DNA of 64,000 bases from an uncultured bacterium (lineage in GTDB: Bacteria > Pseudomonadota > Alphaproteobacteria > MED-G09), in NCBI GenBank assembly GCA_964001285.1, contig CAXFAF010000007.1:8255-72254 (forward strand). The letters run 5' to 3'. Within the stretch, counting starts at the first letter, position 1; each line of letters starts with the position of its first letter. Under the pieces are notes generated by a model. That model had not been told where the DNA came from. It saw nothing but the letters and a program-made list of their open reading frames with translations, and ran no database searches. Both the position numbers and the translations under genes were made by a program. Of this stretch, positions 1 to 8,307 are shown in pieces.

Positions 1-192
1 AGCAATAACATTTCCTTCTTTGCCAACATTTTTTGATAGAGACAATACTGTCGTACCTATATTAGCTCCAATATCAATTACTGTGTCTCCTTTTGTAATG
101 AACTCTGACATTATAATGTTTTCTCCCTCAGACCATTCACCATAAAGAGGAAGGCATTTACCTATCACTTGATCATTTCCCGGCCACATCAT
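1..192 (-). CDS. FkbM-family SAM-dependent methyltransferase, N-terminal part; the gene continues past the window start
   Basis: The minus-strand frame from ATG at 192 reads MMWPGNDQVIGKCLPLYGEWSEGENIIMSEFITKGDTVIDIGANIGTTVLSLSKNVGKEGNVIA. DIGANIG is the glycine-rich SAM-binding motif typical of the FkbM family. The frame stays open to position 1. This ORF is not in the supplied ORF track because it is truncated. Confidence 0.4.
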   Translation of the reverse strand, partial: MMWPGNDQVIGKCLPLYGEWSEGENIIMSEFITKGDTVIDIGANIGTTVLSLSKNVGKEGNVIA

Positions 193-333
193 TTTTCCAT
201 GTATGCATTCGGCTAATAAAAAATTTTCAAAAGAGATTTCCAATTGATTGACCTTTTATATTTTTATTGTCTGTCGCTAAATTGTTATAAATGTTATATT
301 TACCAATACTATTAGTCAATTTGGATTGATTTA

Positions 334-1179
334 ATGTTTGATATAAAAGAAAAAAATGTTCTTATTACAGGCGCTACTAGTGGAATTGGTAAAGCCGCAG
401 CTCTTAAGCTTTCATCACTTGGAGCGAAGATATACTTTATAGCTAGAAACGAAAAAAAGGCAGAAGATTTAGCAAAAGAAATTGAGAATCTAAGCGACAT
501 GATACCTTATTCAATTATTGCAGATCTTTCGTCTCAAAAAGAAATAAAAAGAGCTGCTGATGAATTTAAGTCTCTTAATATACCTCTTCATATATTATTA
601 AATAATGCTGGGCTTATAAATATGGAACGAAAAGAAACCGTTGATGGTTTTGAAGAGGTTTTTGCTTTAAATCATTTAGCTTATTATTCACTCACTCAAC
701 TTTTACTTGATAACATTAAAAATGGTTCACCTAGTAGAATAGTTAATGTATCTTCTGGTGCTCATGCATTCGTAAAAGGTTTTAACTTTGATGATGTTCA
801 GTCCTTAAGTTCTTACAAACCTTTCCAAGTTTATGGTTATTCAAAATTAGCCAATATTTTATTTACCAAGAAATTGGCCTCTTTACTTAAAGACGAAAAT
901 GTAAGCGTTAACTGTTTGCACCCAGGTGTTGTTGGAACGGCATTTGGACAAAATAATGGAAGTTTGCAGAAAGTTTTATTTTTTATTGCGAAACCATTTA
1001 TTCGTTCGCCAGAAAAAGGAGCAGAAAGCTCAGTATATCTTTGTTCATCTCCCGAAGTTTCAAATACAACTGGTGAATATTTTTACAACTGTAAGATTGA
1101 AAAAACTACTAAATGGGCAAGAAGTGAAGAAGACGCAGAGAGGTTGTGGTTATTAAGTAGAGAATTAACAGGAATTTGA
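334..1179 (+). CDS. short-chain dehydrogenase/reductase (SDR) family oxidoreductase
   Basis: N-terminal Rossmann motif ITGATSGIGKAAA (TGxxxGxG). Catalytic YxxxK present as YGYSK. NNAG motif present. 281 aa, typical SDR length. Confidence 0.8.
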   Translation: MFDIKEKNVLITGATSGIGKAAALKLSSLGAKIYFIARNEKKAEDLAKEIENLSDMIPYSIIADLSSQKEIKRAADEFKSLNIPLHILLNNAGLINMERKETVDGFEEVFALNHLAYYSLTQLLLDNIKNGSPSRIVNVSSGAHAFVKGFNFDDVQSLSSYKPFQVYGYSKLANILFTKKLASLLKDENVSVNCLHPGVVGTAFGQNNGSLQKVLFFIAKPFIRSPEKGAESSVYLCSSPEVSNTTGEYFYNCKIEKTTKWARSEEDAERLWLLSRELTGI

Positions 1180-1460
1180 TGAAGCCCCTTTCAGGTACTA
1201 AATTTCAAATTAAAGTTTGGGAAGAAATAAAAAAAATTCCTAAAGGTAAAACAAGATCATATCAGGAGATCGCTGTATCTATTGGCAAACCAAATTCTGC
1301 TCGGGCTGTAGCAAATGCATGTGGCAAAAACCCTTATCCAATCACTATTCCTTGTCATAGAGTTATCAAATCTAATGGAGATTTAGGTGGATATTCAGCT
1401 AAGGGTGGAGTCAAAAAGAAAAGAATTCTTCTTTCTCAGGAAATCGGATATAGTATATAA
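1176..1460 (+). CDS. MGMT-family protein: methylated-DNA-protein-cysteine methyltransferase DNA-binding/catalytic domain only
   Basis: 94 aa containing the PCHRV active-site motif, so the Cys acceptor is present, and the helix-turn-helix region YQEIAVSIGKPNSARAVANAC. The start ATG overlaps the SDR stop by 4 nt (ATGA). Confidence 0.7.
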   Translation: MMKPLSGTKFQIKVWEEIKKIPKGKTRSYQEIAVSIGKPNSARAVANACGKNPYPITIPCHRVIKSNGDLGGYSAKGGVKKKRILLSQEIGYSI

Positions 1461-1769
1461 ATGAGGAAATTCCTTATAGGTATAGCTTATATTTGTATTT
1501 ATACGACGCCTATCCAAATTGGTTTTGTTGCATGGATTATTTGGATAATTACTTCAACAGATTATACCCTACTATCCCTTTCTACAAACCAGTTCCTTAC
1601 GGAAAATCTATTGATACTTAAAGAATTCGTTTTTGAATATTTATGGCCTTTAAAACCAATCTATCAATTTTTTTGGCAATTTCCGGCTATTATTATGATG
1701 ACAATTAAAGCCATAATTAGCACCTGGTTAGGCTTTTGGCTTTTGCCTATTGCTAGAAAAATGAATTAA
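1461..1769 (+). CDS. hypothetical small membrane protein (Trp-rich, about 2 TM segments)
   Basis: This ORF fills the only sizeable gap (315 bp) between the MGMT-domain gene and hemH in an otherwise gapless region. It is hydrophobic with 7 Trp in 102 aa. There is no recognisable family and no clear Shine-Dalgarno sequence. Confidence 0.3.
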   Translation: MRKFLIGIAYICIYTTPIQIGFVAWIIWIITSTDYTLLSLSTNQFLTENLLILKEFVFEYLWPLKPIYQFFWQFPAIIMMTIKAIISTWLGFWLLPIARKMN

Positions 1770-1774
1770 TATAA

Positions 1775-2707
1775 ATGAAGGGTATTCTCCTGGTAAATCT
1801 TGGTTCTCCGGATGATTTAAAATTATCATCAGTAAAAAGATATTTAAAAGAATTTTTATCAGATGATTATGTTGTTGATTTACCTAAATTAATTCAACAA
1901 ATTTTGGTCAATTGTATAATTATTCCATTTAGATCTAAGAGAACAAAAAAAGCCTATGAGTCTATTTGGACAGAAGACGGCTCTCCATTATTAATTAACA
2001 CGAAGCATATTGCTAAAAAACTCCATAAAAAAATAAATTCTCCTGTAGAGGTAGCAATGCGCTATCAAAACCCTTCTATTGAAAATGGACTAACACAATT
2101 AAAAGAAAGAGGATGCGAAGAAATTATAATTTTTCCTCTTTATCCTCACTATGCTGAGGCAACATCATTGTCTACAAAACTTGAAACGGAAAGGGTTGCA
2201 AAGGATTTGGGTTTAGACATCACTTTATCTTTTTCTAAAGCATTTTATAAAGAAAATGGTTATATAAATGCTCTTTCATCTAAAATAGAAAAACATTTAC
2301 CAAAAGATTTTGATTATTTGCTTTTTAGCTACCATGGCATTCCCAAAAGACAAGATCTAAAAACCGATCCTACTTATGAAGAGCAAGTATTGCAAACATC
2401 TAAATTATGTGCCCAAAAGCTTAATCTTCAGGATAAAAAATGGGGTGTTTCTTTTCAATCGAGAATTGGACCAGGTTGGTTGCAGCCTTTTACTGATAAA
2501 ATTTTAGAGGAGTTTCCTAAAAAAGAAATTAAGAAAATTGTAATTGTCTGCCCATCCTTTGTAGCAGATAATTTAGAAACATTAGAAGAGATAAATTTAG
2601 AAGCTAGAGAAACCTTTCTTACTTCAGGTGGTGTTGAATTTACCTATATACCTTGTTTAAATGATGATAATGATTGGATAGATTTTTTAACAAATTATAT
2701 TTCTTAA
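1775..2707 (+). CDS. hemH: ferrochelatase
   Basis: N-terminal GILLVNLGSPD signature. 310 aa. Conserved ferrochelatase core (YHGIP, SFQSRIGPGWLQP). Confidence 0.85.
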   Translation: MKGILLVNLGSPDDLKLSSVKRYLKEFLSDDYVVDLPKLIQQILVNCIIIPFRSKRTKKAYESIWTEDGSPLLINTKHIAKKLHKKINSPVEVAMRYQNPSIENGLTQLKERGCEEIIIFPLYPHYAEATSLSTKLETERVAKDLGLDITLSFSKAFYKENGYINALSSKIEKHLPKDFDYLLFSYHGIPKRQDLKTDPTYEEQVLQTSKLCAQKLNLQDKKWGVSFQSRIGPGWLQPFTDKILEEFPKKEIKKIVIVCPSFVADNLETLEEINLEARETFLTSGGVEFTYIPCLNDDNDWIDFLTNYIS

Positions 2708-2723
2708 GAATAGAGAGGGACAA

Positions 2724-3818
2724 ATGCTTACAAAAGGAGATGACTACCCAATTCACCAGCGCTCAACACCTATAGCAGAGGTTGGAACATCAAGAAATTT
2801 TTATGATCGTTACTTCTTTAATGGCTATACAAAGGATGGAGATATATTTTTTGGTGCAGCACTATGCGTTTATCCCAATTTAAACATTATGGATGCTGCC
2901 TTTACCGTGGCTTACAAAGGTATTCAACATAACATAAGAGCATCAAGAATTCTGCATCAGGAAAGATTGGATACTAAGGTCGGGCCCATAGAAGTAAAAG
3001 TAATAGAACCACTTCAAAAGCTAGAAATTTCCGTCAATGACAAAGACGCAAATATTTCAGCAAATATTATTTTTGATGGATATAGCGCCCCATTACAAGA
3101 ACCTCAAATGTATTTGCATGATGGACCTCGGCTAACCATGGATACATGTAGAATGGTTCAACATGGTTTTTGGACCGGTGAAATAAATATCAATGATGAG
3201 ACATTGAATTTTAGTGGTAAAAATTCTTTAGGAACCAGAGATCGTTCGTGGGGAGTTAGACCTGTTGGGGCATATGATAGTCAACCAACCGCTCCAATGG
3301 GATTACCACAATTTTATTGGTTATGGAATCCAGCTCATTTTGATGATTTTACGACTCAATTTCATTTTGTAGATAATGTTGAAGGAGAAATAATTAATGG
3401 TCACTCCATTTGGCAATCTAAAAAGAATAAAGAAGTAGAAAACTTTAAGAATTTATCAAAAAAAGTAACTTACAAAGAAGGTTCCAGAAGAGTTGATTTA
3501 TTAGAGATAACTGCCGAGGATTCTAATAGTGAAATCATTAATTTATCTGTAACGCCAAAAAGAAGAATTTTTATGTGTGGTCTTGGTTATATGCATCAAG
3601 AATGGGGTCATGGGCATTTTAAAGGAGAAGATGAAAAAACTTATGATACTTATGATTTAAATGAGGACCCTCATGATCCACCTTTTTTACATATTCAGTC
3701 AATAAGCGATATAACCCTTAAAAGAGGAAGCAAATCTTTTGAAGGCATTGGAGTTTTAGAAGAATTAATTCTTGGCCCTCATAAGCCTAGTGGATTTAAA
3801 GATTTGTTTGATAGATAA
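2724..3818 (+). CDS. conserved hypothetical protein of unknown function (364 aa)
   Basis: Strong RBS-like AGAGAGGGA before the ATG. Good coding appearance. 3-nt gap to the downstream kinase gene (translational coupling). No motif I can assign; contains a His-rich patch YMHQEWGHGHF. Confidence 0.6.
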   Translation: MLTKGDDYPIHQRSTPIAEVGTSRNFYDRYFFNGYTKDGDIFFGAALCVYPNLNIMDAAFTVAYKGIQHNIRASRILHQERLDTKVGPIEVKVIEPLQKLEISVNDKDANISANIIFDGYSAPLQEPQMYLHDGPRLTMDTCRMVQHGFWTGEININDETLNFSGKNSLGTRDRSWGVRPVGAYDSQPTAPMGLPQFYWLWNPAHFDDFTTQFHFVDNVEGEIINGHSIWQSKKNKEVENFKNLSKKVTYKEGSRRVDLLEITAEDSNSEIINLSVTPKRRIFMCGLGYMHQEWGHGHFKGEDEKTYDTYDLNEDPHDPPFLHIQSISDITLKRGSKSFEGIGVLEELILGPHKPSGFKDLFDR

Positions 3819-3820
3819 TA

Positions 3821-4891
3821 ATGCCAGTCAGTACAGAAAAGAATTTTGATAAGAAATTCTCTCTTTTTAAAGAATGGTTATCTTCACAGAAACAATTTGA
3901 AAGCAAGAGTTTGGTTATAGAACCGCATGAAAGTTCTATTGCCTCTGGATTTTCGAACGAAACATTTGTTTTTAGCGTTAAAGACGATATTAAGTTAAAA
4001 AAACTTGTATTACGCTTAAAACCAAGTGGGTACCAGGTTTTTCCTGATTACAACCTTAAATTACAAGCAGATATAATGAGAGTTTTAAATAATAAAGGAT
4101 TCCCAACTCCCAATATTCTCTTATACGAATCAGATGAGGATATAATTGGTTCAGAGTTTTATTTGATGGATTTTATTGATGGAGAAGCGCCAAGTGACAA
4201 TCCTCCATACCATATGGATCTCGAAGGTATGGTTGGTAAGGCGACGAAAGAAAACAGAAGAAAGATTTGGACCGAATGGCTTTATTATTTAAATAAGTTA
4301 CATCTCTTAAATTTTAAAGAATTACAACTCTCTGAGTTAGATAAAAAATACTCCAATAAAGATCCTTTAGGCATAGATATAGAATATTATCAAAATTTTT
4401 TAGATTGGGGGATGGAAGGTGAGACTAACGGTTTATGTGAAGATGTAATTGATTGGTTAAAAATAAACAAACCAAAGACATTCAATGAAGGAAAATTATG
4501 TTGGGGAGATTCAAGGCCAGGAAATATCTTATATAAAAATTTTAAAGCAACAGCCTTATTGGATTGGGAAATGGCGACTTTTGGAGACCCAATATCTGAT
4601 ATAGCATGGGGATTAGCGGTAGATGATGCAAGTAGTTTGGGTTTAAATACTGATAGATTGGAAGGCTCAATGGAAGCTAAAGAAGCTCTAGGTTTTTGGG
4701 CAGAAAGCACCGGTTTTTCTTTAGATAACTATGAGTATTATCGAATATTTTCTCTGTTAAAGTTTTCGGTTATTATGGTAAGGGTTGCTAAAAAATTGGT
4801 GTTTAATGATATCATGCCTTTAGAGAGTGATTTTTACAAAAATAATTATATCTCTAATTTTTTAAAAACTGAGTTTGAAAGAGTTAAGTAA
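3821..4891 (+). CDS. phosphotransferase enzyme family protein (APH/ChoK/HSK-like small-molecule kinase)
   Basis: Brenner catalytic motif GDSRPGNILY (HGD/GDxxxxN-type) and the metal-binding DWE motif in LLDWEMATFGDP. 356 aa. Fold family established; substrate unknown. Confidence 0.75.
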   Translation: MPVSTEKNFDKKFSLFKEWLSSQKQFESKSLVIEPHESSIASGFSNETFVFSVKDDIKLKKLVLRLKPSGYQVFPDYNLKLQADIMRVLNNKGFPTPNILLYESDEDIIGSEFYLMDFIDGEAPSDNPPYHMDLEGMVGKATKENRRKIWTEWLYYLNKLHLLNFKELQLSELDKKYSNKDPLGIDIEYYQNFLDWGMEGETNGLCEDVIDWLKINKPKTFNEGKLCWGDSRPGNILYKNFKATALLDWEMATFGDPISDIAWGLAVDDASSLGLNTDRLEGSMEAKEALGFWAESTGFSLDNYEYYRIFSLLKFSVIMVRVAKKLVFNDIMPLESDFYKNNYISNFLKTEFERVK

Positions 4892-4908
4892 TAACGAAGG
4901 AGAAAAAG

Positions 4909-5304
4909 ATGGAAGATTTTATTTACCCTGGAATATTAAGCAGTATTGCACTTTTGGTTTATTATTTCACTCTCTTTAAATCGGGTACAGGACGAGTAAT
5001 ATTTGGAATTAATGCTCCCTCCCATGATGGTCCTGAAGAATATGTCAGAAGGGTTAGGGTCCACCAAAATACCTTGGAACATTTAGCATTATTTCTTCCA
5101 GGGTTATGGCTGTTTTCATTTGCAGTAGATCCTATTTGGGCAACAATAATTGGTGTAATCTGGCCTATCGGAAGATTGCGTTACGCTTTTGATTACTATG
5201 AGGAAGCAGAAAAAAGAGGACCAGGTTTATACTTTAGTATGCCTCCAATTTATATTTTTGTTATTGGTTCGGCTATTGGCTTCGTTTTAAAGATTTTCTC
5301 CTAA
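4909..5304 (+). CDS. MAPEG-family membrane protein (microsomal glutathione S-transferase-like)
   Basis: 131 aa, about 3-4 TM segments. The stretch VRRVRVHQNTLEHLALFL matches the MAPEG signature (ERVRRAHLNDLENI in MGST1). AGGAG-type RBS upstream. Confidence 0.6.
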   Translation: MEDFIYPGILSSIALLVYYFTLFKSGTGRVIFGINAPSHDGPEEYVRRVRVHQNTLEHLALFLPGLWLFSFAVDPIWATIIGVIWPIGRLRYAFDYYEEAEKRGPGLYFSMPPIYIFVIGSAIGFVLKIFS

Positions 5305-5315
5305 AGGCTTATACT

Positions 5316-7319
5316 TTGGTTAAATGGGGCATTTTAGGGACAGGATCAATAGCAAAAACTTTTGCTAAAGCTTTAAATGAATCTAATCAATCAGAATTAT
5401 CTGCTGTTGCGAGCCGTTCAGATAAAAATGCTAATGAATTTTCCTCTTTATTTAATTGCTTAGGGTATAGTGATTATCAACAATTAATTGATAGCAAAAG
5501 TATTGATGCAATTTATATTGCTACTCCGCATCCATTTCATTTTGATTTAGCTTTTAGATCATTGAAGAATAAAAAATCTGTTTTATGTGAAAAGCCAATG
5601 ACCTTAACAGCCGCAGAGGTTATGGTTTTGATGTATTTAGCTAAAAAGAATAATAAGCTTCTTATGGAAGCTTTTATGTATCGAATGCATCCCCAGACAG
5701 AAAAGATCAAGGATATTCTTAAAAAAGAATTTCTAGGAAAGCCCGTTTCAATTAGAGCATCTTTTGGTTTTCAAGCTAAGGTTGATAAGAGTCATAGGTT
5801 ACTAAACCCTATATTGGGGGGAGGCTCAATCTTGGACATCGGGTGTTACCCTTTATCTATGGCTAGGATGGTAGCGGGAGTTATTAATGGTAAAGAATTT
5901 CTTGATCCAATTAGGTTTGATCTTGAATCTAAGAAAATTAATGGAGATGGCATAGATCTTTATTCATCCGCAAACCTAACTTTTAGTGATAATTCAACGG
6001 CAAGAATTAGTTCTTCTATTGAAGATAATTTAGAAAATTCCGTAGAGATATCTAACGGTCAAAAGTCGCTTATTATCCATGATCCTTGGCATTGTGGAGA
6101 GTACAATAAAGAAAAGTCTGATCTTGTTTATATAGATTCAAATAATAGAGAAGAAGTCATTACTTTTGATAAAGAAAGCAAACTTTATGTTAATCAAATT
6201 GATCATTTTGTTGAAACTTTTAAAAATTCTAAGATTGAGTCAGATAAAATTTCACTTTCTGATAGTTATGGAAATGCCATTTACCTTGATAAGTGGAGAA
6301 AGGAGACAGGTGTTAGATATGGTTATGATAAACCAGATAACAAATCTTCGTCATTTTATAAGTTTTTACCTTTTAAAAATGAGAAAATTATCCCGAAGGA
6401 TAAAGTGAGAGGATTAAATATTGAAGCTTCAAGACTCGTTTTTGGTTGCGACAATCAATTGGATATAAATCATGCATTTGCAATGTTTGATCATTTTTTT
6501 TCGTTAGGGGGTAATGTTTTTGATACCGCATACATTTATAATTCTGGAAAAAGTGATGAATATCTTGGTAAATGGTTAAGTTCCAGACAATTAAAAAATG
6601 AAGTTATTATTTTAGGTAAAGGTGCGCATACACCTGATTGCTTTCCAGAATCAATTCGTACACAGCTAATAGAAACATTATCAAGGTTAAATCTTGAGTG
6701 TTTAGATATTTATTGTTTGCATAGAGATAACCATGAAGTTCCTGTGGGTGAATTTATAGATGCGCTTGATGAGCTAAAAAATGAGGGTTTGATTAAAATT
6801 TATGGTGCATCAAATTGGTCTTTAAATAGGTTCAAAGAATCTATTAAATACTCAGAATCAAAGAAAAAAGACCCCTTTAGTTTGCTTAGTAATAATTTCA
6901 GTTTAGCAAGAATGAATGAACCAGTGTGGCCCGGTTGTGAAAGTTGTTCCGATGATGATTATAGGAGATTCTTGGTAAAGGAAAATATCCCTATTTTTCC
7001 TTGGTCTAGCCAAGCCAGAGGTTTTTTCTTAGGAAATACGGAAACAAAGGGCTCTTATCATCCTGCAAATCCAGATAAAGAAGAACAAGATAGAGTCTGG
7101 TCGAGTGATAAAAATTTAGAAAGAAGAAAAAGATGTTTTTCATTGGCTAAAAAAAAGGGCTTTAAGCCAATTGAGATTGCTTTAGCTTATGTCCTTAATC
7201 AAGATTTTCCTTCTTTTCCTTTAATTGGACCAAGAAATTTTTTTGAAACAGAAAGTTCTGTAAGAGCTCTGGAAATAAATTTTTCTGAAGAAGAAATAAA
7301 ATGGCTAGATTTAAGGTAG
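5316..7319 (+). CDS. bifunctional oxidoreductase: N-terminal Gfo/Idh/MocA-family NAD(P)-dependent dehydrogenase fused to a C-terminal aldo/keto reductase
   Basis: N-terminus WGILGTGSIAKTF is the Gfo/Idh/MocA Rossmann motif, followed by the conserved EKP motif (CEKPMTL). The C-terminal half has AKR signatures FDTAYIYNSGKSDEYLGKWL, LDIYCLHRDNH and IKIYGASNWS. TTG start as given by the ORF track. 667 aa. Confidence 0.75.
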   Translation: MVKWGILGTGSIAKTFAKALNESNQSELSAVASRSDKNANEFSSLFNCLGYSDYQQLIDSKSIDAIYIATPHPFHFDLAFRSLKNKKSVLCEKPMTLTAAEVMVLMYLAKKNNKLLMEAFMYRMHPQTEKIKDILKKEFLGKPVSIRASFGFQAKVDKSHRLLNPILGGGSILDIGCYPLSMARMVAGVINGKEFLDPIRFDLESKKINGDGIDLYSSANLTFSDNSTARISSSIEDNLENSVEISNGQKSLIIHDPWHCGEYNKEKSDLVYIDSNNREEVITFDKESKLYVNQIDHFVETFKNSKIESDKISLSDSYGNAIYLDKWRKETGVRYGYDKPDNKSSSFYKFLPFKNEKIIPKDKVRGLNIEASRLVFGCDNQLDINHAFAMFDHFFSLGGNVFDTAYIYNSGKSDEYLGKWLSSRQLKNEVIILGKGAHTPDCFPESIRTQLIETLSRLNLECLDIYCLHRDNHEVPVGEFIDALDELKNEGLIKIYGASNWSLNRFKESIKYSESKKKDPFSLLSNNFSLARMNEPVWPGCESCSDDDYRRFLVKENIPIFPWSSQARGFFLGNTETKGSYHPANPDKEEQDRVWSSDKNLERRKRCFSLAKKKGFKPIEIALAYVLNQDFPSFPLIGPRNFFETESSVRALEINFSEEEIKWLDLR

Positions 7320-7328
7320 ATTTAATAA

Positions 7329-8213
7329 TTAGGTTAATTCATATACGCCTTCTAAATCTTTTCCTTCTACAATTATTTCCTTCTTTTTTTCCATTCTCTT
7401 AAGGTGAGCAAGAGTCGACATTGCTGCGGCAGGATGCAAGGAACTATCTACATCCTTGTATATAATTTTTACCATATCTATAATTTTTTTGTTTCCCTGT
7501 TTTATGGCATCAACGATTTGTTTTTCTCTGTTTAGTCTGTGCAAAATATAATGATTTAAAATGTCTTTTGGATTTTCAATAATTGGCCCGTGAGTGGGGA
7601 AGAAAGCCTTTTCATTTCGTTCAAGTAATTTTTGTAATGAATTAATATAATCATCCATGTTTCCATCAGGCGGAACAATAACAGTTGTTGACCAACCCAT
7701 TACATGATCCCCTGAAAATAAAATATTTTCGTCTAATAATGAATAACATATGTGATTAGATGTATGTCCAGGTGTGTGAATTGCCTCAATAGTCCATTCT
7801 TTTGTTTTTATAATATCGCCATCATTTAATTGAATATCACCTTCAATATTTCTATCATACCCTTCTTCGAATTCATCTTGAATTTCATTGCTATCTGATA
7901 AATCTTTATAATAAATCATTGCTCCAGTTTCTTTTTTTAGTTTTTTAGCCAAAGGGGAGTGATCATTATGGTTATGGGTGAGCAATATATGGGTTATTTT
8001 TTTTCCTTCTGTTGCCTTTAGGATTGCTTGAAAATGATTTTCGTCAATTGGGCCAGGATCAATAACCGCCAGATCTTTATTACCTACAATATAAGTTCCG
8101 GTTCCCGTAAAAGTAAAAGGACCCGGATTTTTAGCTATAACGCGCCTAATTAAAGGATTAATTGTGTCGCAATCTCCATATTTAAACGAATTTATAAAAT
8201 CTTCAGGTGACAT
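7329..8213 (-). CDS. MBL-fold metallo-hydrolase
   Basis: HxHxDH zinc motif present as LTHNHNDHS. Further His/Asp ligands (HTPGHTSNH, GDHV). 294 aa. Confidence 0.8.
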   Translation of the reverse strand: MSPEDFINSFKYGDCDTINPLIRRVIAKNPGPFTFTGTGTYIVGNKDLAVIDPGPIDENHFQAILKATEGKKITHILLTHNHNDHSPLAKKLKKETGAMIYYKDLSDSNEIQDEFEEGYDRNIEGDIQLNDGDIIKTKEWTIEAIHTPGHTSNHICYSLLDENILFSGDHVMGWSTTVIVPPDGNMDDYINSLQKLLERNEKAFFPTHGPIIENPKDILNHYILHRLNREKQIVDAIKQGNKKIIDMVKIIYKDVDSSLHPAAAMSTLAHLKRMEKKKEIIVEGKDLEGVYELT

Positions 8214-8307
8214 GGATAGTAATTAATATTTCCCCTTAAAAATAAAAACTGATAACAATTCAATAGTTTATATAATTAGCTTACAAAAAAAGATATTATA
8301 AAAGATT

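Noticed and set aside
312-500. Short minus-strand ORFs overlapping confident genes (also 926..1156, 4390..4710, 6166..6408, 8707..8892, 9417..9680, 10089..10349, 10572..10757, 11186..11461, 14423..14647, 15719..15958, 18012..18218, 18601..19001, 20053..20244, 20694..21174, 24595..24846, 25892..26080, 33269..33457, 37550..37771, 38654..38857, 39635..39955, 40881..41063, 42781..43083, 47748..47969, 48184..48387, 49376..49657, 52780..53026, 55628..55849, 57572..57757, 60281..60502, 60979..61311)
   Set aside because: Each is embedded in or antisense to a longer ORF with clear family signatures. Typical AT-rich-genome shadow ORFs.
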